Source: Octopus sinensis
Lineage: Eukaryota
Assembly: GCF_006345805.1 (NCBI RefSeq)
Contig: NC_042997.1
Location: 198,400,001-198,464,000 of the forward strand
DNA: 64,000 nt
Direction: 5' to 3'
The notes beneath the pieces were generated by a model. The model saw only the letters and a list, made by a program, of their open reading frames with translations. It ran no database searches and had not been told where the DNA came from. Shown here piece by piece: positions 26,361 to 40,666 of the stretch (its first letter is position 1; every line of letters starts with the position of its first letter). A program made the translations under genes and the position numbers.

Positions 26361-28964
26361 AAAAAAATAGCATACATTGCTGTTGACTGCAATATAAATA
26401 TCGAACTCGCTACATCATATCCATACTCGAAAAAGGTATGGACGTCCCTGGACGTCTCACCGAAGTATAATCTCGAAAGGCAATAATGGATCTCTAAAAC
26501 ATATAGACAAATCTTCCAAATATAAAAATCTAGAGTAACCAGAATATGGTGACGACTGAGAGTACAAATAAAAAGAAAAAAAACTGCGAAGCTGAAAGGG
26601 CAACATTGACGTAAGGTTGGGGGTTTTGTTTTTAGTGTACCTAAAACCTAAAACACATATCTTAATCACTGAATTACCACGGCCTCATCGTAGCTTCTCA
26701 TATTGGCAATAAATGGTTCATCGATGTGTTTCCCCCATGACGGATCGTTATCGACAAGCAGAGATTTTCTAGCATGCGTTATTATTTCGACACCGGGGCT
26801 AATTTTACAACTGGAGTTCTCTAGGGTATCAATACTTTAGTGAAAAAGTATATGGAGCTTTCCCAGGAGATCTAGAATGTCTCTTGCTTTGACCTTCTGA
26901 ATGCATCAACTTACAACAAGGGATTCCAGTGTGAAGACAGCCTGCTTTGTGGTATGAAAAGTTAATAAATTTCGCTTCACAGAAATTATTCCGAGCTTAA
27001 ATCCTCAATGCAGCATCTTGGACAAGTATCTTTTACTAGAAACATTAGTCGATCCAAGACTTATGAGTAATATTGGACAGATTGAAAGCGTGGGAGCATA
27101 CCTGATGGACGGCACAAATAGTTCAAATCGCTGACCTACACACGACAGGCTTCTTTCGGTTTCCGTCTACCAAATCCACTCACAAGGCTTTTGTCGGCCC
27201 GCCCAAGGTGCCACGCAGTGGCACTGAACCCGGACCCATGTGGTTGGTAAGCAAGCTACTTACCACACAGCCACTCCTGCGCCTGTCTTCTTCAGGATTC
27301 TTTTTAATGTTCTTTGCGTTCTAAGGATGAGGATAAATTCGAACACTAAGAGTATTCTTGGGCAAAACAGCTTAAATAGACATAATGATAGAATAATGCT
27401 TTTTGAATTCCATAATTAGCGGGAAATGTGGCGCTTCCGTTATCCTGCTTGATGCGAGTTGGCAGGAGAGAATGAGCGAGGAAAATTCCGTTTTCATTTC
27501 ATTTATTCATTAGTTATTTTGTGGCAGCATTCACATTATTCAAAAAGAATATTTAGATCGGTGAAAATTTGAAATCTATATTTTTATTTCTATTTCTTCA
27601 GCTTTTTATTGATTTTTATTTCTTCCCTGCAATTGCAAATATTCTGGTTTGATGGATGGAAATGATAAAATATTTAGGTTAATTTTGATTTTAAAATAAT
27701 TTTTTAAAAGACCGAATTATTTCACCCATTTCTAATACAGAGAATTCAAATCTGTTTTAGCTGCTTTACTATACGAAAATCTTTACTGACACGAAAGGGA
27801 AATACCATTCTTTATATTTCCTGTCATTCTCAATGATTTTCCGTTTATTTTTATGCTTCTGCAGCACGATACTTGTATGGTCATGTGGTTAAGAAATCAT
27901 TTCTCAATCACGTTATTCTAAGTTCGAACCAGAAGATATCCGTCTTTACCTATAACTTTTAGTTGACCAAAGAATACAAGAGTGAAATTGAGACGACCAG
28001 AATTATGTGGCAGCCCGTCAGACGGGCTGTACTTGGTATTGAGCGTTAAACTTAACTTCTCTCTCGATTAAACATCAACATCTTGTCCTCGGAGAACTTT
28101 AGCAGGGTCTGATCTATTGCTAGCATTTGAACAAGCTCTCCAATTTGATATGATTACGAGTTGTGGTTTATTAGTCACTTTTCTCTCTTGAAGGTTTTGC
28201 AAAATGTAATCAATCGTATTCTTGAACAAAACACTTCATTTCACGTTGCTGCGGTCCACTCAGCTGTAAATAAATAATTTTGCGACAGACTGAGGTCTCG
28301 TTCAGGGGAAGGTTGTGATCTCAGTCATAAATATACCTTAGAAACCGGGTGTCTGAATTCTAGAGCTGCAGACAGTAACATCTAGGTTTAAGAGTGCCCT
28401 CGTTTGACAATGAGGATTCAGGTATACAATCAACTGGATTACCTTCGCCTTCATTAATCCTTAGTCTACAAGTACGCTTTAGTAGGCGCGATTTCATTTG
28501 ACCCTGGAAGACGCAAAAGCAGCCGATCCATGATTTTTTTCTCCACAGCGTTATGTTTTAAGGCGTAAACACAAAACCAGGTGGCTGCCAGATTTTATGT
28601 CTTCCAGACATTGTCAAACGAAATCGTGTACGCCAAAGTGTACTGGAGAGTTCAAAGAGTTAACATGTAAGCGGTTGAGTGTTCCTCAGACTCGTAATTC
28701 TCAGGAGAATTAGCATGAGTCAGTGTGTGATAAGCTGTACCTCTTGAATCGTATATACAATTCACCCGGCGGGCTTCGACATAGTTTATGCCAACCCAAG
28801 GTAAGGGTAGACACTAGGCCATGAAAATCGACGCATTCATAATATAACACACCTGGAGATCGAATCCGAGAAGCAAACTTCCTAAACACTTGGCCATACT
28901 GTGCTTACTAGACTAAGCCATAATAATGCTTTCTACGATATGCACAAGGCCTGAAATGTCAGGG

Positions 28965-29478
28965 GAGGGAGGGAAATAGTTGATTACATCGACCCCAGTG
29001 TTCAACTGGTATCTATTTAATCGATCCCGAAGGGAGGAAAGCAAAGAGGTCCTCGGTGAAATTTAAACTCAGAGCGAAAAGTCGGACGAAATGCCGCTAA
29101 GCATTTGGCATAAGGCCAGCAACTTCCAGGTAGGGTTTACTCGATTGCATCGACCACAATAATTAACTGGTATTTATTTTATCGACCGCAAATGAATGAA
29201 AGATAAAGCTGACCTCGACGGAATTTTAACTCAGAAAGTAAACATTTTTTTCGGTGTGCTAACTCATTGTCTACAAGGGGCTAAACATAGAGGGGACAAA
29301 CAAGGACAGACAAACGGATTCAGTCAATTACATCGACCCCAGTGCGTAACTGGTACTTAATTTATCGACTCCGAAAGAATGAAAGGGCAAAGTCGACCTC
29401 GGCAGAATTTGAACTCAGAACGTAGCGACGGGCGAAATACCGCTAAAGATTTCGCCCGGCGTGCTAACGATTCCGCCA

Positions 29479-29479
<1 letters not shown>
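28965..29479 (-). mobile_element. Cluster of SINE family C copies and fragments, followed by (TTA)n at 29480-29540
   Basis: Three reverse-complement matches to the family C body; the best is 29271-29479. Confidence 0.8.
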
Positions 29480-29541
<62 letters not shown>

Positions 29542-29544
29542 TCT

Positions 29545-30150
29545 TCTTCTTAATACATAAAACAGATATTTTGCCTTCCATACTCGTCTTCTTTTACTGT
29601 CAACTTTTATATTGTTTTTGTCGGTTTGTTTCAATAATTCCTAATCGCACTCAGCGTAAATGACATTCTTCTACTCGATACAATGAAATCTTCAGCTTTA
29701 AAATGTTATTTCGTTGCTGCCTAATAATTTCAAGATATTACAACAAAATTATTTTTGTGTGCGTGCTTAATCTAATCCAATCTGAACTACTCTCCAAAAT
29801 ATTATTTGTCTCTTTTACATTAATTCTCATTGATTTTGAAAACTTTTGGTAAAAAAAAACATCAAATTTTAAAATTTTACATTGTATGTTTTTCTATTTT
29901 AATTATTTTAATCAACAATCTAGAGCCAATTGACATCTTGTGAAATTATGACAGAAATTTCAAAAACGTATTCATATAAGTTATAATTATAATTTCGAAT
30001 ACTTCCTCTGCTTTGAAAAACGTTATAGACTAATTTTTAACGGCCATAATGACAACTGTTGTAATATAACAATTGAAACTGACAGACACATCGTTGTCAT
30101 TTAAATATATACATCTCATTTATCGTGGGTGTTTGGTTCCAAAATAAAAC
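29545..30150 (-). pseudogene. Decayed TLR (LRRCT remnant and TIR)
   Basis: YLNDN/CVCQFQLL, then ILKFDVFF, NILESSSDWIRLSTHTKIIL and DFIVSSRRMSFTLS, in TIR box order. Confidence 0.6.
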
Positions 30151-30380
30151 CGTGTTGAATGAATCAGTGATAAATGAATAATAGAATATACGGGGTAAAT
30201 AAGTTTCCTTTCGAGATCCCAAGTTCTCCTGAGTATTATGATTGGTGGTTGGGGTGTGCTTTTGCGGTTCAAGCAGAATCTTTCAATGATCGCCGACCGG
30301 TGTTAAAACATATCAATCCGTGATAAGCGTGAAAGGGGTCACAGTTAGCACTCCATGTTAACACGAATCCTTTTTCCTTT

Positions 30381-30685
30381 GCGCCCTTTTCAAACCTAGT
30401 CCAGGCTCATGGGCCCGGTTTCCCGGTTTCTATAGGGGTATGTGTTCCCCCCAGCTGGACGGGACGCCACTCCATCGCTGCGTTACTCAAGAAACAGGAA
30501 GAGAGAGTGAGAGAAAGTTGGGGCGAAAGACTATAACAGGGGTCGCCACCCACCCCCTGCCGGAGCTCGTGGAGCTTTAGGTGTTTTCACTTAATAAACA
30601 CACACAACGCCCGGTTTGGGAATCGAAACCGCGATCATCCGACCGCGAGTCCGCTGCCCTAACCACTGGGGCATTGCGCCTCCAC
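30381..30685 (-). mobile_element. SINE, head D with tail T2
   Basis: Head D joined at GAAACAGGAAG to the GTAACGCAGCGATGGA...GGGCCCATGAGCCTGG tail. Confidence 0.88.
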
Positions 30686-31604
30686 GTTATCACGAATCAG
30701 GGATGAATAAATCAGTGATGAATGAGGATACATGCAATAGATAACACAGTTAAACGATGGTTATCATCATCAGGAATATTTTAAATGGGGTCTTATCTTA
30801 AGATCTTTCTGAGATCCACCTTTCCTCCTTTACGCCATGAACATCTCCTTTGAGCGTTTGTTCTCGTTTTTTGTTTTGTTATTGTTTTGCATAATGTTCA
30901 TGGTTTATGATTAATGAGCTTTTCCAGATCTTCTGAGATCGTTTACAGCCTGGTCTTGTTTGACGGGCGCTCTTGTTTACTTGTTCCTCATAGCCAGATA
31001 CCTGTGGCTTGTTTCTATGGCAACCTACAATGATCTGTTCCACTCACATGGCTGGGCACACAAAACTGTCGTTTCAGAATGAATTGGGGAAATCCTCAGT
31101 CGATAAAACTAAATTCGTTGAATGTGATTTCTCCGCAAGCGGTTGATCTGTGATAACCCAAGGACGCGGCTGATGCATCATATTTGAACGGTTTCCATCA
31201 TATTTAAATCTCAGCGGAGTAATTTCCAAGAATTGGCGCTAGACCATAATATAGAAATTGCATATGATTGATAAATGTGAACACTGGCGTGCGTAATGAG
31301 GCATTCTGTTGTTTCGAAACATACTAATTAAGGAGCGTAGAGGCTGTTGGTGCTAACTCAATTCTTGTAGTTTTATCATAATGATGCAGCGATTTCGATT
31401 TTATTTTACACCTTATGATTCAATGCATTAAATCATAGTGATTTGCTTCAGCCGCAAATTGTTCTAATTGGCAACTGGAGCTTCTAATGTGACATTAATT
31501 AAATAAGACAAATCTGCTGGTATTATGAATATTGATATTAAGAACCAGTTGCGAAGTTATGTTTTGGATATTTTGGAAGAGAGCGTTCTGTTTCTTTTCT
31601 GTAT

Positions 31605-32927
31605 TCTTTTATTCTTTTATTTGTTTGTCATTTTGACGGCGGCCATGTTGGAGCACCGCCTTTAGTCGAGCAAATCGACCCCAGGACTTATTATTTGAAC
31701 GCCTGGTACTTATCCTATCGGAATTTTTGCCGAACCGCTAAGTTACAGGAACGTAAACACACTAGCATCGGTTGTCAGGCGATGGTGTGGGGACAAGCAC
31801 AGACACACAAACACACACACACACGCACACATACATATATACGACTGGCTTCTTTCAGTTTCCGTCTACCAAATCTACTCACAAGGCTTTGGTCGACCCG
31901 AGCACAAGACACTTGCTCAACGTGCCTGCAGTGGGACTGAACCCCAAACCATGAGGTTGGTAAGCAAGCTACATATCACATACTTGTATGTGTTGTATTT
32001 TGGGAGCTCATTTTACCAATAAAAACACACGCACTGAATCTATTTGATTTTTTAAAATTATTAACATACGTAAACAATTTAACTAATTGAACAGTTAACT
32101 AATCAATTCCATGATGACTCGTTCGATGACACTTCCCCGGACTCATGTGGTTGAGTCCGGGCAAGCTACTTACCACACAGCCACTCCTGCGCCTATCAGC
32201 AACAATTTCACTATAGTAATTAAGCATAGCATCTAAATTAGTGAGCAACGAACCGTAACGAACTTATTTGACAAGATCAATAGCTATGCGGTCTTTTATG
32301 TTTTATCTTCTATATGCTTCATTGGTTGCACTGCGGTGATGCTGGAGTACCGTAATGAAGGATTTTAGTAGACAAATCGACGCCAGTACTTGTGATTTAA
32401 AAGTCTGTTACTAATACCATCAGCTTCTTTTTGCCGAAATGCTAAATCACGGGAAAATAAACAAACCAATACTGGTTGTCAAGCAGTGTTGGAGTGGTGA
32501 CAAATACAGATAGAAAGATACACACATATACATATGCAGTGGGATGTGCTAACGATTCTACTAAATCGCGACATTTTTTTTTTTTCAGAAAAAGAATAAT
32601 AAAGACGAAAAAATAAATGAGACATTCCCTTTATTCTTTTATTCTTTTACTTGTTTCAGTCATTTGACTCCGGCCATACTGGAGCACCGCCTTTAGTCGA
32701 ATCAAATCGACCCAGGACTTATTCTTTATAAGCCTGGTACTTATTTCATCGGTTTCATATATGCGACGGGTTTCTTTCAGTTTCCGTCTACCAAATCCAC
32801 TCACAAGACTTTGGTCGGCCCGAGGCTATGGTAGAAGACACTTACCCAAGGTGCCACGCCGTGGGACTGAACCCGGAACTATGTGGTTGGCAATCAAGCT
32901 ACTTACCACACAGCCACTCCTGCGCCC
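31605..32927 (-). mobile_element. Cluster of SINE family A copies (31605-31980, fragment about 32150-32195, degenerate 32300-32520, deleted copy 32632-32927)
   Basis: Reverse-complement matches to the family A head and tail. Confidence 0.8.
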
Positions 32928-33139
32928 TTGTGCATGAACAGTACATAAAGTGCAAACGCCCTCGTGGTGCGAAAGTATATAAGCGCCCAGGTTATGCGTT
33001 TATATATGTGCTTGAAATTCGGTGATAATTACTTTTCCCTTATTGTCGATACTCTGATGAGTGCACTTATAAAACAACTGCAGAAATGGATGGCACAGCT
33101 ATATGAAGGGTACCAGAGGGATTTTAATCACCTATGGTC

Positions 33140-33457
33140 CTCAAGCATACGCGAGTACAATTGGCACCCCTTCGGTTATGGTGACGAGGGTTCCGGTTGA
33201 TTAATCAATGGAACAGACTGTTCGAGAATTTAACGTGCAAGCAGCTGAGTATTCCACAGACACGCGTGCTCTTAAGTAGGTTCTCAGGGAGATTCATCAT
33301 GACACACAGTGTGACAAGACTGACCCTTTGAAATGCAGATACTACTCATTTTTGCCAGCTGAGTTGGACTGGAGCAACGAGAAATAAAGGGTCTTACTCG
33401 TCGGTAGAACGCGCTGCCGGGAATCGAACTCGCGTCCTTACGATCGTGAGCCTAATA
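33140..33457 (-). mobile_element. SINE head B with tail T1, interrupted by a family C trimer (head remnant continues at 34065-34100)
   Basis: The B head sequence resumes after the inserted array. Confidence 0.8.
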
Positions 33458-34063
33458 CCTATTTCATTACTACCCACAAGGGGCTAAACATAAAGGAGAA
33501 AAAACAAGGACAGAAAAACGGATTAAGTCGATTATATCGACCCCAGTGCGTAACTGGTACTTATTTAATCGACCCCCGAAAGGATGAAAGGCAAAGTCGA
33601 CCTCGACGGAATTTGAACTCAGAACGTAGCGGCAGATGAAATACCTATTTCTTTACTACCCACAAGGGGCTAAACACAGGGAGGACAAACAAGGACGGAC
33701 AAATGGATTAAGTCGATTATATCGACTCCAGTGCGTAACTGGTACTTATTTAATCGACCCCCGAAAGGATGAAAGGCAAAGTCGACCTCGACGGAATTTG
33801 AACTCACAACGTAATGGCAGACGAAATACCGATTTCTTTACTACCCACAAGGGGCTAAAACACAGAGACGACAAACAAGGACAGACAAACGGATTAAGTC
33901 GATTACATTGGCCCCAGTGCGTAACTGATACTTATTTAATCGACCCCAAAAGGATGAAAGGCAAAGTCGACCCCGGCGGAATTTGAACTCACAACGTAAC
34001 GACAGACGAAATACCGCTAAGCATTTCGCCCGGCGTGCTAACGTTTCTGCTAGCTCGCCGCCT
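33454..34063 (-). mobile_element. SINE family C trimer
   Basis: ATACC unit starts at 33455, 33641, 33826 and 34011 (period 185-186). Near-TSD TCGTGAGCCTAATA/TCGTAAGCCGAATA. Confidence 0.92.
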
Positions 34064-34496
34064 TTCGTAAGCCGAATATCCTAACCGCTAAGCAACGCGC
34101 AAGCAAAACTCGCACACACAAACACACACACACACACAAACACACAAACACACACATACATACACACACACACACATACATACACACACGGGCGCAAGCA
34201 TATGTACACATGAATCTGAAAGTCTCCGAATTAAAGAAAAAGCAGTTTGGTTCGCTGGAGACAAGACGGCAATCGTAGACACCTGTTTGTGCATCACTAA
34301 GCGCCATCAGAGCAGCTGTTCTCGTACAATGAACTCAGTAAATGGCATATTCAGACACATATACGAGGAAGAAACGTTTTTGGCCTCAGGTCATACGCAG
34401 GATTTACTAGAAATTGAGTGACTAATAATCATTTGTATACATCCATATATATAGGTATTCATACACACACACGTATGTCTATGTGTGCGTACATAT

Positions 34497-34534
<38 letters not shown>

Positions 34535-34885
34535 ATTTCGATGTTTTGCTAAACAAACACGAGCGATAGAACTCGGTACATGAGAAATAATAAGATATAA
34601 ATAATAAGTACAGACACACATGTAAATATACGTACATAGATATACACATACATACACACACATGTATAAAGATAGTAAGTACACACACATATGTATATAT
34701 ACGGACATAGATACGCGATTGCGTACACACACACGCATATAGTTTTCATCTTGTATTTGGTTTGCAAGTTTCTTAATGTGAATTCGTGCGTTGAAATAAT
34801 TCTTGCCGTGTCTAGGCACGAGGAAGGGTCATTATGTCAGTGAAAATAAAAATAAATACACGCACTTCTTTATTTTAAATAATGA

Positions 34886-35276
34886 GAGAGAGAGAAGCAC
34901 TCCGTCGGTTACGACGATGAGGGTTCCGGTTGATCCGAATCAACGGAACAGCCTGCACGTGAAATTAACGTGTAAGTGGCTGAGCACTCCACAGACACGT
35001 GTACCCTTAACGTAGTTCTCGGGGAGATTCAGCGTGACACAGAGAGTGACAAGGCCGGCCCTTTGAAATACATGTACAACAGAAACAGGAAGTAAAAGTG
35101 AGAGAAAGTTATGGTGAAAGAGTACAGCAGGGATCACCACCATCCCCTGCCGAAGCCTCGTGGAGCTTTAGGTGTTTTCGCTCAATAAACACTCACAACG
35201 CCCGGTCTAGGAATCGAAACCGCGATCCTATGACCGCGAGTCCTCTGCCCTAACCACTGGGCCATTGCCCCTCCAC
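34886..35276 (-). mobile_element. SINE, head D with tail T1, 12-bp TSD
   Basis: TSD TTTAAATAATGA at 34874-34885 and 35277-35288. Confidence 0.93.
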
Positions 35277-35389
35277 TTTAAATAATGAACCTCCCCAGAC
35301 ACAACAATATACCTCGTGTAACTACATGTAGATTGTTAGGTAATTTTTCTCCTCTGTCATTCTTTTCTCTTGGACTTTCTTCTGTCTCC

Positions 35390-35426
35390 TGTTTCTGAAG
35401 AAGGGCGCTGCTCGAAACGTTAAACA
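35390..35426 (+). ncRNA. Minimal type-I hammerhead ribozyme motif within a Penelope-like end (about 35340-35520)
   Basis: TGTTT-CTGAAGA-A-GGGC(GCT)GCTC-GAAA-CGT-T-AAACA: intact core, 5-bp stem I, 4-bp stem II, palindromic ACGT helix III. Confidence 0.7.
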
Positions 35427-35561
35427 CCCTTTCTTTCCTTCTTTGAGCGTCTTATTAATACTTTACATGTAACACGTTCTCGCATTGTTAGTTTTTCTTG
35501 TATTTTTCTCCGTTTATTATTTTTTTTTTTGGGGGGGGCGGATAATTATACCTACAAATAC

Positions 35562-35602
<41 letters not shown>

Positions 35603-35623
35603 ATAAAATAAATATATAAATAA

Positions 35624-35871
35624 ATGCGCCTTTTTAAAGCCTAGCCAGGCTCATGGGCCCGGTTTCCCGGTTTCTATGGCGTATGTGTTTCTCAGCTGGA
35701 CGGGACGCCAGTCCATCGCAGCGTTACTCATTTTTGCCAGCTGAGTGGACTGGAGCAACGTGAAATGAAGTATTTTGCTCAAGAAATCAACGCGTTGCCC
35801 GTCCAGGAATCGAAACCACAATCTTACGGTCATAGTGCTGACACCCTAACCACTAAGCCACGCGCCTCCAC
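35624..35871 (-). mobile_element. SINE, head B with tail T2
   Basis: B head and body joined at CAGCTG..AAAAATGAG|TAACGC to tail T2. Possible TSD AATAAATG. Confidence 0.88.
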
Positions 35872-36431
35872 AATAAATGTAATATGTACATATTTAAAAG
35901 GAACGAAAAATCTTCCTGTGCCATAGACTCATAACGCAGCTTTCCCTAATTATGTGAGCTATATATTCTTTATTCCCTGTTTGGAACACCGGTTTGCTGT
36001 AGGGTTATTCATTTTTGCCGTCTGGGTGGCCTGGAGAAGCCTGAAATGAAGCGTTTTGTTCAAGAACACAACACATTGCCCAGCCCAAGAATCGAAACAT
36101 TGCCATCATGAATGCAACACCCTAACACTAACCTCTAAGTCTCGCGTATATACATATATATGAGACATAATATAGTCTGTACTCTTATTCTCACGCTTGC
36201 AAATGTAAACACGCGCGTGTGTGCGCGTGCACGAGGTCACTTGTGTGTGAATGTATTAGTGTACATATTCATGACTGAGTGTGTGTATATATATATATAT
36301 ATATAGATATATATATATATATTTTATATATCTTTTTATTTGTTTCAGTCATTTGACTGAGGCCATGCTTCGGCACCACATTTAGTCAAACAAATCGACC
36401 CCAGGAATTATTCTTTGTAAGCCTAGTACTT

Positions 36432-36531
36432 NNNNNNNNNNNNNNNNNNNNNNNNNNNNNNNNNNNNNNNNNNNNNNNNNNNNNNNNNNNNNNNNNNNNN
36501 NNNNNNNNNNNNNNNNNNNNNNNNNNNNNNN
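36432..36531. other. Assembly gap (100 N)
   Basis: Run of N that truncates a family A SINE tail (36335-36431). Confidence 1.
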
Positions 36532-37669
36532 TTCACATAATAAAAGTCGAGTCGGTTTTACGTCGGTGAAACCGAACTCGGACACGTTCGTGTTGCCGTT
36601 CAAGCATTTCTTAAAAGAATAGTGTTTTTTATGCTGTCCTAGTGATGTTGGGTATACAATGAAAAATGGTAGCTTATATACAGATTGTTTGAAGGTATTT
36701 AATCACTTCGTTTCTCCACACCCAAGTCATAGGATGTGACCGACTCAGCAAGCTACTGCAAAAAATGGCCAAGGAAGAAATTAACTAATAATATAATGAT
36801 AAAGAATCCCGGGATATTTAAAGAAAACTACTGGACGTTCTGGAGAGAAAAACCTCGGAGTATTTACCTGAGAGAACGCCATTTGACTGCTCTGAAAAAA
36901 CATTCTATAGCAAAGACTAAAAAAAACGATAAACCAAATTTGTAGAGAATGTAAGCTGTTGAAGGATGACTGCGAAGCATTTCCCTGTAAAATTGATCAT
37001 TACCACGAATAATGATGTATTATAACGTCCATGGTATTTGGGGATCCGATGTAAAAGCAAAAGATATTTCCAGCATGGCTCGTATCAACGCCAAACGATT
37101 TCTTTTCTTCTTTGCACACAAAGAAAAAGACAAAAATATAAATATATACAATGATAAACATTATATATAAAAACAGAACAGCCGTATAAGATTATATTTT
37201 AAACGGAGTTAAGACCCAACAGAAGGCATTATATATGGACGTGTCAATGGTGCTAGCGGTAAGTTATTTTATTGTTAACTGGAAGCCAAATGAATTGTCA
37301 AGACGAGATATGAAAATAAATAATCAATGAGTGTATTTCAAATGCATTTCTAAAAGTGCTCACAAAAGTATATTTCCACAAATAAAGACAGAACCTTCTG
37401 CAAAGTGACGGAAGATGGATTTTGTACTCGGGTTTTCTTTCTAACCCCACCACCAAAGTAATAGTTCGTTTATGTTGGCATATTTCTCGTTGCGAATGCC
37501 GTAATATCCTGCAATCCTTGTGGATAACGTAACGAGAATATATTTTTCGTTTTATGCCTAAACGGATTTTACTTAAGTTAGCTAGCAAACTTGGAAAATA
37601 TGAACAGAGCCTCTCACTACCCTTACAGAACAGGTGTGTTATTAGTCAGTCTCTCTCCCCGCCTCTCTC

Positions 37670-37757
37670 TCTCATATATATATATATAGATATAATAATA
37701 TATCTATATCTATCTATCTCCTATATATATATATATATATATATCTATCTATATCCT

Positions 37758-37800
<43 letters not shown>

Positions 37801-37905
37801 ATATATGTATATATCTATCTATATATCTATCTATATCCATATATATATATATATATATATATTATGTATATATGTATATATCTATCTATATATCTATCTA
37901 TATCC

Positions 37906-37940
<35 letters not shown>

Positions 37941-37970
37941 CTATATCTATCTATATATCTATCTATATCC

Positions 37971-38001
<31 letters not shown>

Positions 38002-38492
38002 ATATCTATCTATAGATCTATCTATATCCTATATAATATATATATATATATGGTAATATGTATATATCTATCTATATATCTATCTATATCCTATATATAT
38101 ATATATATATATGTATAATATCTATATCTATCTATCTATATCCTATCTATAATCCTATATATATATATATATATATGTATATATCTATATCTATCTATCT
38201 ATATCCTATCTATATCCTATATATTATATATATATATATGTATATATCTATATCTATCTATCTATCTATATCCTATATATATATATATATATATAATATG
38301 TATATATCTATCTATATATCTATCTATATCCTATAATATATATAGATATATATATATATATGTAGATATCTATATCTATCTATATATCTATCTATATCCT
38401 ATATATATATACATATATATATCTATAGATATATGTATATTCTTATCCTATCTATATATCTATCTATATCCTATATATTATATATATATATA

Positions 38493-38535
<43 letters not shown>

Positions 38536-38635
38536 ATAATATATATATATACTATCTATATCCTATATATATATATATATCTATCTATATCCTATATATA
38601 TATATATTATATATATATTATATATATATATAGTT
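37670..38635. repeat. About 1-kb compound (TA)n/(TATC)n/TATCC simple-repeat array
   Basis: Visible simple repeats; this is the source of the IYIS-type ORFs. Confidence 0.95.
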
Positions 38636-39230
38636 ACACTGCGTCGGAGAAAATGATTATCGAAATTTCTACGTTCTGAGTTCAAATTCTGCCGAGGTCG
38701 ACAAATAGATTATTACTCGATTGGCAATGGTCGATGTAATCGAGTTACTCCCATCCCCTGCAATTTGCTGTCTTTTTGTCCATACTAATCTATTAAGGCA
38801 GAGTGCTGACAGAACCGTTAGCGCGTCGAATAAGCTGCTTAGCGGCATTTTCCCCGGCATATATATATAAATATAGGGATGGCCTTATTAAAATACCATC
38901 ACAAGTGGTAAGCGAATTATCAGCCGTACAGGCAAATTAATAAAATATATACATACAATATTAGATATGTACATATATACACAAGGGTTACTACATGAGT
39001 ACCAATATCGCTAATGATATATATATATATATATCTTTAGCGATATTGGTATATATATATATATCTTTAGCGATATTGGTATATATATATAGATATATAT
39101 ATATATATATATATATTATAATATATATTGTATTTTTATTTTTATCTAGTTTCATCAGCTCACAGCTGTGGCGTGTTGCTACATGATTTTACCTCACGAA
39201 TGCTTTGTTAGCAATTGCCATTTGGTGCAT

Positions 39231-39280
<50 letters not shown>

Positions 39281-39699
39281 TATATATCTTTTTTTGTTTG
39301 AGTCATTGGACTGGGACCATGCTGTGGCATCGCCTAGAATAAGTTTTTTGTAGAATGAATCGACCCAGTACTTATTTTGTTAAACCAAGTACTTGTCCTA
39401 TCGGTCTCTTTTGCTGAATCACTAATTTACAGGGACGTAAACACATGTACACCAGTCGTCAATTAGTGGTGGGGAACAAACATACACACACCCACATACA
39501 AACACACAAAAACACATACACACACTCATATAATTACGACGGGCTTCTTTCAGTTTCTGCCCACGAAATTCGCTCACAAGTCATTGGTCAACCCGAGTCT
39601 ACAGTAGAAGAGACTTGCCTAAAATGCTATGTAGTAGGAATGAACCCAGAACCATTTGGCAGGAAAGAAAACTTCTTACGAAGCAGCCAGGCACACACA

Positions 39700-40616
39700 C
39701 ATAGAATCTCACCCACTTTTCTGCTTTCATAACAAATTTAACAAAATATTTTCTTACGTAGGCACAAAGAATGTGCAAAAGAGGCGCATAATGGATTTAA
39801 TCGAAGGCAGTAATTGTACCGATTTTGCTGAACTGAGATGAATAGAGGAATCGTAAAATCGTCAATGATTCAATTCAGTGACGTCGAAATAATTTGTGTT
39901 TAATTACTGGCACAAAAAGACAGACATTTTCGATAGCTAAATTTATTGCTTATTAACTTCACATCAAATAGAATTCTCTGCAAATTTTCTGTCAATGCTC
40001 CCTTTTGAAATATAACTATCTTTTGATATATGTAACTATCTTCTGATAATTATTATTGCGAGCTATCAATCTACGTCCGTCACACACTATTGTTGATTAC
40101 AGTCTGAATGGAAGTGCACAGTAATATACAATATACAAGTTCACTAACAGCCATTTAAAAGATCATTCAAATTCCTTCAGGAATGCATTTATTGCTTTCA
40201 GTTATAAATGATATGGAATATGTTATATCTTATCACAAAGCGTTTGTTCCAATTTATATCAGCCTTAAAAAGTATCTCATGCTGAGTGATACGTCAATGA
40301 ATATACTGCCATAACATTTGAAATGTGACTTTGATGGATGTCACATCTAATACGAGAGAAATGTATTTTTTAAAGATGTAATACACACACACACACACCT
40401 ACATATATTCTTTTACTGGTTTCAATCATTTGACTGCGGCCATCTGGAGCACCAGGTTTAGTTGAACAAATCGACTTACTCTTTGTAAGCCTAGTATTTA
40501 TTCTATCGGTATCTTTTGACGAACCGTTAAGTTATGGGGATGTAAACATACCAGTATCGGTTGTCAAGCGTTGATGGGGTGGGGGCAAGCAGACAAACAT
40601 ATACACACACATACAC

Positions 40617-40666
<50 letters not shown>

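Noticed and set aside
28011-28029. Perfect 9-bp-arm palindrome CAGCCCGTC-A-GACGGGCTG
   Set aside because: Isolated and short, with no associated element or second copy.
31011-31024. RFX X-box-like GTTTCTATGGCAAC near a FOX-like TTGTTTAC
   Set aside because: About one match to this degenerate consensus is expected by chance in 64 kb, and there is no adjacent gene start.
33454-34063. Regularly spaced repeats as a CRISPR array
   Set aside because: The context is eukaryotic and the whole 185-bp unit repeats, with no unique spacers.
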